In this document: piece by piece, positions 56,515-64,000 of the stretch | How positions within the stretch are numbered: position 1 is the first letter of the stretch | How the letters are laid out: every line of letters starts with the position of its first letter | DNA from: Minisyncoccota bacterium | GTDB taxonomy: Bacteria; Patescibacteriota; Minisyncoccia; Phycocordibacterales; Phycocordibacteraceae | DNA length: 64,000 nucleotides | Direction of reading: 5' to 3' | Assembly (NCBI GenBank): GCA_036405415.1 | Contig: DASWXP010000002.1 | Location: forward strand, 556,450 to 620,449 | Position numbers and translations under genes: made by a program | Notes under the pieces: model-generated | What the model saw: only the letters and a program-made list of their open reading frames with translations | What the model was told of the DNA's origin: nothing | The model's database searches: none

Positions 56515-57753
56515 CTAGCGCCAGGCACGGCGCTTGCCGGTAAGCACATCATACATGGAACGCATGAGCCAGAACGGGGCGATGAAGGCGTAGATGAACG
56601 TGTATCCCACGATGCCGAGCGCCACCTTCGCCGGCGTGTTCGAGACGTGGCGGCCGATAAGGACGAGGGAGATCGAAAGGACGCCCACCACCACGCTCGC
56701 AAGGAGTATGAACGTGACGGGCACGTAGAACCAGTCGAGCGCGACGCGGGGCGTAAGGGTGTAGGCAAGCGGGATGCCGCTCGCAAGCGAGAGCGAGCGG
56801 TACACGCCCTGCGCGAGCGCAAGGAGCGCCACGAAGAAGAGGAACGCGCCGCCTACGATAGCCACGAAACCCAAGGGGAGGACCATGAGGCCGAGCGTGC
56901 CGTACTTCGGGTTGCCAACGAGGTCCCGATAATCGGTCATCACGTTCCGTAGGAAGCCGGTGGTCCAGCGGGTGCGCTGCTTGATGAGCTTCGGCACCGA
57001 GCGAGGAACCTTCGTGTAGACCCGGGCGCGCGGCGCGTTCTCGATCTCATAGCCTGCGCGCTGCATGCGGAGCGCCATCTCCATGTCCTCGGCCTGATGC
57101 GCGTGGCGGAAGCCGCCGATCTCCTCGATCACGGAGCGGCGGTAGAAGGAGAACGGGCCCGGGGTTACGTAGATGCCGTTCACGGCAGAAAGGGCATGGC
57201 GCGCGGCGATCCCGATGATGTACTCGGCGTTCTGCATCTGCTCGAGCAGGTTCTTCGGCTGGAACACCGACATGGCCGGGGTGGCAGCCGCCACCTTCGG
57301 GCTGTCGAAGGAGCCGATGATCTCGCGGAGCGCGTCAGGCGCTACGAACGAATCGGCGTCGAGGCATCCTACGAACTCGGCGTCCTTCGCGTGCTCGATG
57401 CCGAGATTGATCGCGGTGTGCTTCCCGCCGTTCTCCTTATGAATGACGGTTATCTGCGGATTCCCCACATACGCGTCCATAACTTCCTTCGTGTTATCGG
57501 TAGAGCCGTCGTTCACGAGGATGATCTCGAGCCTGTCTTTCGGATAGTCGAGCGCGAGAAGCGAGTTCACGGTCCCGCCGATGGTGTCCTGCTCGTTCCA
57601 GCAGGGAACGATGATCGCCACCTTGGGCGTGTTCGTCGCGGCAGCGCGGAGCCGGCGCTCCTTGGCCGGTTGCGAGAGGAAGGTTAGAAGCATGAAGACC
57701 TCAAAATAGAGGCCGAGGAACACGAACGGGTAGGCGAGTACCTCGAGGTTCAT
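56515..57753 (-). CDS. Processive membrane GT2 (PgaC/IcaA/cellulose-synthase-like)
   Basis: VPCWNE, NDGSTD, NGGK, DADS, AED, QRTRW, flanking TM helices. Confidence 0.88.
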   Translation of the reverse strand: MNLEVLAYPFVFLGLYFEVFMLLTFLSQPAKERRLRAAATNTPKVAIIVPCWNEQDTIGGTVNSLLALDYPKDRLEIILVNDGSTDNTKEVMDAYVGNPQITVIHKENGGKHTAINLGIEHAKDAEFVGCLDADSFVAPDALREIIGSFDSPKVAAATPAMSVFQPKNLLEQMQNAEYIIGIAARHALSAVNGIYVTPGPFSFYRRSVIEEIGGFRHAHQAEDMEMALRMQRAGYEIENAPRARVYTKVPRSVPKLIKQRTRWTTGFLRNVMTDYRDLVGNPKYGTLGLMVLPLGFVAIVGGAFLFFVALLALAQGVYRSLSLASGIPLAYTLTPRVALDWFYVPVTFILLASVVVGVLSISLVLIGRHVSNTPAKVALGIVGYTFIYAFIAPFWLMRSMYDVLTGKRRAWR

Positions 57754-57828
57754 AGATGCCAGAGCGTTCTCGTAAGCATAGCAAATACGCCTGTTTTTTC
57801 TAGGTTTCCGCTGTATACTGCGGAAGAC

Positions 57829-58557
57829 ATGGATTCGGGACGCTTGCATCCGCTCTCAGCAGACATTCGCCAGATCGCGGCGATATTCGCGCGCATGGGA
57901 TTCGGGATCGCCTACGGCCCTGAGCTCGAGGACGAGCATCATAACTTCGATGCACTGCGCATGCCTGCGGATCATCCGGCACGCGACATGCAGGATACGT
58001 TCTGGACGAAGGAAGAGACGCCTCGTGCGCCACGCACGCATACCACGTCAGTTACGATCCGCTGCCTCGAAGAGATGGCGAAGAGCGGACAGTCCGAAGC
58101 GCGCATGATTGCTCCTGCGAAGGTGTTTAGAAACGAGGCGACCGACGCGACGCATGAGGCGCAGTTCTATCAGCTCGACGGGTTCGCCGTAGGACCGAAG
58201 GGAACGGTTACGCTCGCGCACTTGAAGGGAACGTTCGACTATTTCTATCGCCAGTATCTCGGCGAGGACGCGAAGGTGCGCTTCCGTCCGAGCTTCTTCC
58301 CGTTCGTCGAGCCGGGCGTCGAGATCGACGTGTGGTACGAGGTTCCCGGCAAGAAGGGCAGGTGGCTCGAGACCGGTGGCGCAGGCATGCTCCATCCTGA
58401 AGTCATCAGGAACGCTGGCCTCGATCCTGATAAGATCGCTGGCTTTGCGTTTGGGGGCGGTATTGAGCGACTTCTTATGGTGAAGTACGGCATCCCGGAC
58501 GTGCGCGCCTTCCATAACGGCGATATCCGCTTCACATACGGGTTCGATCCCGCATAG
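57829..58557 (+). CDS. pheS: Phenylalanine-tRNA ligase alpha subunit (catalytic core only)
   Basis: GRLHP, NFDAL..HPARDMQDTF, RTHT, FRNE..DATH, FPFVEP, GFAFG.GIER. Confidence 0.95.
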   Translation: MDSGRLHPLSADIRQIAAIFARMGFGIAYGPELEDEHHNFDALRMPADHPARDMQDTFWTKEETPRAPRTHTTSVTIRCLEEMAKSGQSEARMIAPAKVFRNEATDATHEAQFYQLDGFAVGPKGTVTLAHLKGTFDYFYRQYLGEDAKVRFRPSFFPFVEPGVEIDVWYEVPGKKGRWLETGGAGMLHPEVIRNAGLDPDKIAGFAFGGGIERLLMVKYGIPDVRAFHNGDIRFTYGFDPA

Positions 58558-58560
58558 CAT

Positions 58561-60465
58561 ATGAGGATATCCAAGAAATGGCTCCAGCAATACTTTGACT
58601 CAGCGCTCCCAGACACGGAGGCGCTTTCGGACGCGCTCACGTTCCATGTCGCAGAGATTGAAGAGGCTACGAGTGACATGCTCGATGTTAAGGCGCTTCC
58701 GGACCGGGCGGCGTACCTCATGTCGCACCGCGGTGTTGCGCTTGAGCTCGGGGCAGCGCTCGGAATGCCTCTCAAGTCTGATCCGCTCCGAAAGGAGCTT
58801 CCGGTGTTCCCTGAAACCGACGAGCTCTCGGTCTCGCTCGATGCGGAAGGCAAATGCAATCGCTACATGGGCGCCCTCGTGAAGGGCGTGAAGGTCGGCC
58901 CGTCCCCGGCATGGCTCAAGGAGGCGCTTGAGTCCGTAGGACAGCGCTCCATCAACAACGTCGTGGACGCTACGAACTACGTGATGCTCAATATCGGGCA
59001 GCCGCTCCATGCGTTCGACGCGAAGAAGCTCTCCGTGCGCGACGGCAAGTACGCCATCGCTGTCCGCATCGCTACCGAAGGAGAGGCGTTCACGTCGCTT
59101 ACGGGAGAGGAGTACGCGCTTCCGGAGGGAACGCTTGTAATTGTCGACGGCAACAATGACGCGGTGCTCGGTGTGGCCGGTGTGAAAGGCGGGAAGGAAG
59201 CGCAGGTGGATGAGCGTACTACTGACCTTGTCATCGAAGCGGCGAACTTCGACGGCACGCAGGTGCGCCGCACCGCGCAGAAACTGAAGCTCTTCACCGA
59301 TGCGTCTTCGCGCTTCCAGAATCGTCCATCTCCTGCACTCGCCGCCTACGGCATGCGCGACGTGCTCGCGCTCATAACGGATATCGCAGGCGGCACGGTA
59401 GCGGGCGTCACGGATATCTATCCAAATCCTGAGGAGCCTCAAACGGTGTCGGCCTCTTTGCTTGAGGTGAACGCGGTGCTCGGCACGTCACTTTCCATGG
59501 ACGAGGTGCGTGCAGCGCTCACGCGCCTCTCGTTCTCCTTCGAGGAAGTCGAGGACCGATTCATCGTCCTCGTGCCGTTCGAGCGTCGGGACCTTTCTAT
59601 ACCTGAAGACCTGATCGAAGAGATAGGCCGTACGATCGGATACGACTCCATTGCTGGTGTGCAGCTCCCGGTATCAGCAGGCGAGCCGGAGCAGGCACGC
59701 TATCGCGGCATCGAGCGCGTGAAGGACTTCCTTATCGAGCGCGGCTACGCAGAAGTGTCCACGCCGTCGTTCGCAGGAGAGGGTGAGGTCCTGCTCGCGA
59801 ATCCGCTCCAGGAGGAGAAGCCGTACCTGCGCGCTTCGCTCATCGAGAACGTAAAGGATGCGCTTACGCGCGCCGCTCAGCTCGCGCCGCGCGTGATAGG
59901 GCCGGAGCAGTTTGTGCGGCTCTTTGAGGTGGGGAACGTATTCACGGCGAAGGGAGAGCATCTCGTCCTTTCGGTGGGTGCAGTGCCGCTTTCAGGAAAG
60001 CCTGCTAAGGCAGCGGAGCTCCTTCAGCAGGACGTACTCGCGCTCTCGCAGGATCTTGTCGGCGCTCCGCTAACGCCGCGCTACAGCCTCGACGGGCAGG
60101 TCATGGAGTTCGATCTCGGTGCGCTCAATCTCGAGAAGCTCGGGGAGGACTATGCGCCGAAGACGGTACGCTTAGGAGCGTTCCGTCCGTATTCCCAGTA
60201 TCCGTTCGCGCTCCGCGATATCGCGGTGTGGACGCCTGAAGGAACGACCGAGAGCGAAGTGGCGAACGCCATCGTGAAGGATGCCGGAGCATTCCTCGTG
60301 CGTCTCGACTGCTTCGACCGCTTCGAGAAGGAAGGCAGGACCTCCTACGCGTTCCGCCTCGTGTTCGAGTCTATGGAGCGCACCCTCGCTGATACGGATC
60401 TCGATCCTGCTATGCAGCGGGTTACCGACGGCCTGAACGCGAGAGATGGCTGGGAAGTGCGCTAA
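58561..60465 (+). CDS. pheT: Phenylalanine-tRNA ligase beta subunit (B2 OB domain absent)
   Basis: MRIS..WL, SINNVVDATNYVML..GQPLHAFD, DLIEEIGR, FDX-ACB tail RDIAV..SYAFRL. Confidence 0.93.
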   Translation: MRISKKWLQQYFDSALPDTEALSDALTFHVAEIEEATSDMLDVKALPDRAAYLMSHRGVALELGAALGMPLKSDPLRKELPVFPETDELSVSLDAEGKCNRYMGALVKGVKVGPSPAWLKEALESVGQRSINNVVDATNYVMLNIGQPLHAFDAKKLSVRDGKYAIAVRIATEGEAFTSLTGEEYALPEGTLVIVDGNNDAVLGVAGVKGGKEAQVDERTTDLVIEAANFDGTQVRRTAQKLKLFTDASSRFQNRPSPALAAYGMRDVLALITDIAGGTVAGVTDIYPNPEEPQTVSASLLEVNAVLGTSLSMDEVRAALTRLSFSFEEVEDRFIVLVPFERRDLSIPEDLIEEIGRTIGYDSIAGVQLPVSAGEPEQARYRGIERVKDFLIERGYAEVSTPSFAGEGEVLLANPLQEEKPYLRASLIENVKDALTRAAQLAPRVIGPEQFVRLFEVGNVFTAKGEHLVLSVGAVPLSGKPAKAAELLQQDVLALSQDLVGAPLTPRYSLDGQVMEFDLGALNLEKLGEDYAPKTVRLGAFRPYSQYPFALRDIAVWTPEGTTESEVANAIVKDAGAFLVRLDCFDRFEKEGRTSYAFRLVFESMERTLADTDLDPAMQRVTDGLNARDGWEVR

Positions 60466-60479
60466 ATAAGCCATATTAG

Positions 60480-62639
<2,160 letters not shown>

Positions 62640-62649
62640 GCGACACAAG

Positions 62650-62683
62650 GAAAAGCCCTCGCTCATAGGAGCGAGGGCTTTTC
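62650..62683. terminator. Bidirectional terminator after gyrB
   Basis: GAAAAGCCCTCGCTC-ATAG-GAGCGAGGGCTTTTC. Confidence 0.8.
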
Positions 62684-62707
62684 TGTAAGGAGAAGGGAAA
62701 CGACGTC

Positions 62708-63475
62708 CTAGTCCTCGATGTCGACGGTGACCGAACGGTCGTTGTTGCTCTCGTTCGACTCGCGTACGTCATCATCCTGATCAACCGTGATCTCGATGCG
62801 GCGGTTGTTACCTTCGCGCGTCTGGTCGAAGCCCATCACGTACTCGATGCGCTCGCCCGGACGAAGAGACTGCTGCGTCTTCGAGCTGTAGGTGTAGCCG
62901 CGGGTCGTCGGGAGCTCGGCCTCGAAGTCGAAGCGTCCTGATACGTTGGTGCCGCGGTTTGCGATCGTGAACTTCACGGCGCCACGCTCGCCATCCGGAA
63001 CGCGGCTCGATGCGCGGAAGGAGCTCGTGTTCGAGGATGAGAGGTAGCCGGTCTGGACATTCTCGATGACGAGGTCCGGAAGGCCGTAGTAATTGGTAGA
63101 TGCCGGGACCTGGACCGGGATGACGGTCGTGGTCGGAGTGCCTGGACGAGGATTGGTCGTCACGGTGCCTCCCGTAGCCGGGGTGGTGGTAGGCGTCGAG
63201 GTGGCAACCTCAGCGTCGTCACCGAACGGTACGGTCTCGGTCGGAGGCACGACCACGAGGTCGGTGTCTCCCTCGTCAGAAGGGAAGACCTGGGACGAGA
63301 GGTATACCGCTGCGGAGCCTACGCGAGAGAGCGCAGCCGGAACGAAGGTCGCCGCGTAGATAGCGAGCGCCATGCCGATAAGGATAAGCACGATGAAGCC
63401 GACGATCGCGAGCGCGTTCACCGCCGCCTGGCGGGAACCCGAACGGGTCGTTGTACGGATGGTTGTCGTTTCCAT
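62708..63475 (-). CDS. Membrane-anchored protein with Thr/Pro linker and C-terminal CARDB domain
   Basis: N-terminal TM, TPTTTP linker, PDLVI..IANRG..VD.DDDVRESNESNN. Confidence 0.8.
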   Translation of the reverse strand: METTTIRTTTRSGSRQAAVNALAIVGFIVLILIGMALAIYAATFVPAALSRVGSAAVYLSSQVFPSDEGDTDLVVVPPTETVPFGDDAEVATSTPTTTPATGGTVTTNPRPGTPTTTVIPVQVPASTNYYGLPDLVIENVQTGYLSSSNTSSFRASSRVPDGERGAVKFTIANRGTNVSGRFDFEAELPTTRGYTYSSKTQQSLRPGERIEYVMGFDQTREGNNRRIEITVDQDDDVRESNESNNDRSVTVDIED

Positions 63476-63609
63476 ATGTCACCCTATATACCACAGCCTA
63501 TATTTTCTGTCAAATCTCTGGTCTGGCAGGACCAGGAGCCTTCAGCATACCTTCAGGTACCTGACGGTAGGGTGAGGGAAGCCCTTCGCCTCCCTGGACC
63601 CAGTCAGGC

Positions 63610-63637
63610 TTGACAAATACTAGTTAGAATGTAATAT
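63610..63637 (+). promoter_or_regulatory. Candidate sigma70 promoter for the sortase gene
   Basis: TTGACA (63610-63615), 16-nt spacer, TAATAT (63632-63637). Confidence 0.5.
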
Positions 63638-63651
63638 AGCCAAGTCCAGGT

Positions 63652-64000
63652 ATGACAGCGATACAGAACACCGTCAAGTTCGTACGCGCCTCAGGGCGCG
63701 CATGGTCCAGGAAGTGGAGCTTCCTGGGCGTATTCCTTGCGGTCTTCTTCGTATCGTTCTCGACGCTCGCCGCGTTCGATCTCGTGCCTGAGACACCGGA
63801 AAAGGTCGCAGAGACCGATGTCCCGGCTCGTGCACTTTCCGCATCGGTTGCACTTGCCGCTCCGGAGAACGCTACGCGCGTTGCGATCGAGAAGATCGAT
63901 CTGGACGTCGTAGTCAAGAACCCTACGTCCACGAACGTGGCGGTGCTCGACGAGGCGCTCCTTACGGGCGCGGTCCGGTACCCGACCTCGGCGAAGCTCG
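63652..64000 (+). CDS. Sortase-family protein, 3'-truncated by window edge (not in ORF track)
   Basis: Manual translation: TM, then RVAIEKIDLDVVV..LDEALLTGAVRYPTSAKL, typical of a sortase domain start; catalytic His/Cys lie outside the window. Confidence 0.65.
   Translation, partial: MTAIQNTVKFVRASGRAWSRKWSFLGVFLAVFFVSFSTLAAFDLVPETPEKVAETDVPARALSASVALAAPENATRVAIEKIDLDVVVKNPTSTNVAVLDEALLTGAVRYPTSAKL

Noticed and set aside
55680-57753. Integrative element at tRNA-Thr
   Set aside because: No integrase and no duplicated tRNA 3' end seen

Overview
Chromosomal window of a small-genome bacterium using standard code 11. Gene content points to Patescibacteria/CPR, Parcubacteria-like (inference): orphan VirB4/TraG-like ATPase, trimmed PheRS and RF1, type B L31, split transketolase, several pilins, a sortase and a giant GNVGIGT-repeat protein. 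Layout: (1) 5.2-17.6 kb surface-glycan cluster with GT32+GT2, GT25, two GT-D/DUF1792, two GT2, CapD/RmlD-like enzymes, Wzx and a Wzy_C-TPR protein, on alternating strands; (2) murB, a 57-aa histone-H1-like gene absent from the ORF track, secA, obgE, gatB; (3) the main anomaly at 24.2-38.0 kb: two neighbouring membrane proteins starting with homologous helix-turn-helix domains. One is 292 aa. The other is a 4097-aa protein with about 25 GNVGIGT repeats and a peptidase-S74 tail-fibre chaperone. They are separated by an AT-rich spacer with strong palindromes; (4) a gap/rpiB/rpe/tkt/pfkB/fba cluster interleaved with pilins and CARDB proteins; (5) translation genes, tRNA-Thr, a processive GT2, pheST, gyrB and a partial sortase. 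Many genes have a -10-like TATACT hexamer only 6-12 nt before the ATG and no Shine-Dalgarno, suggesting widespread leaderless translation. No CRISPR array, rRNA, integrase or transposase was seen. All calls are from motif recognition by eye; no database search was run.
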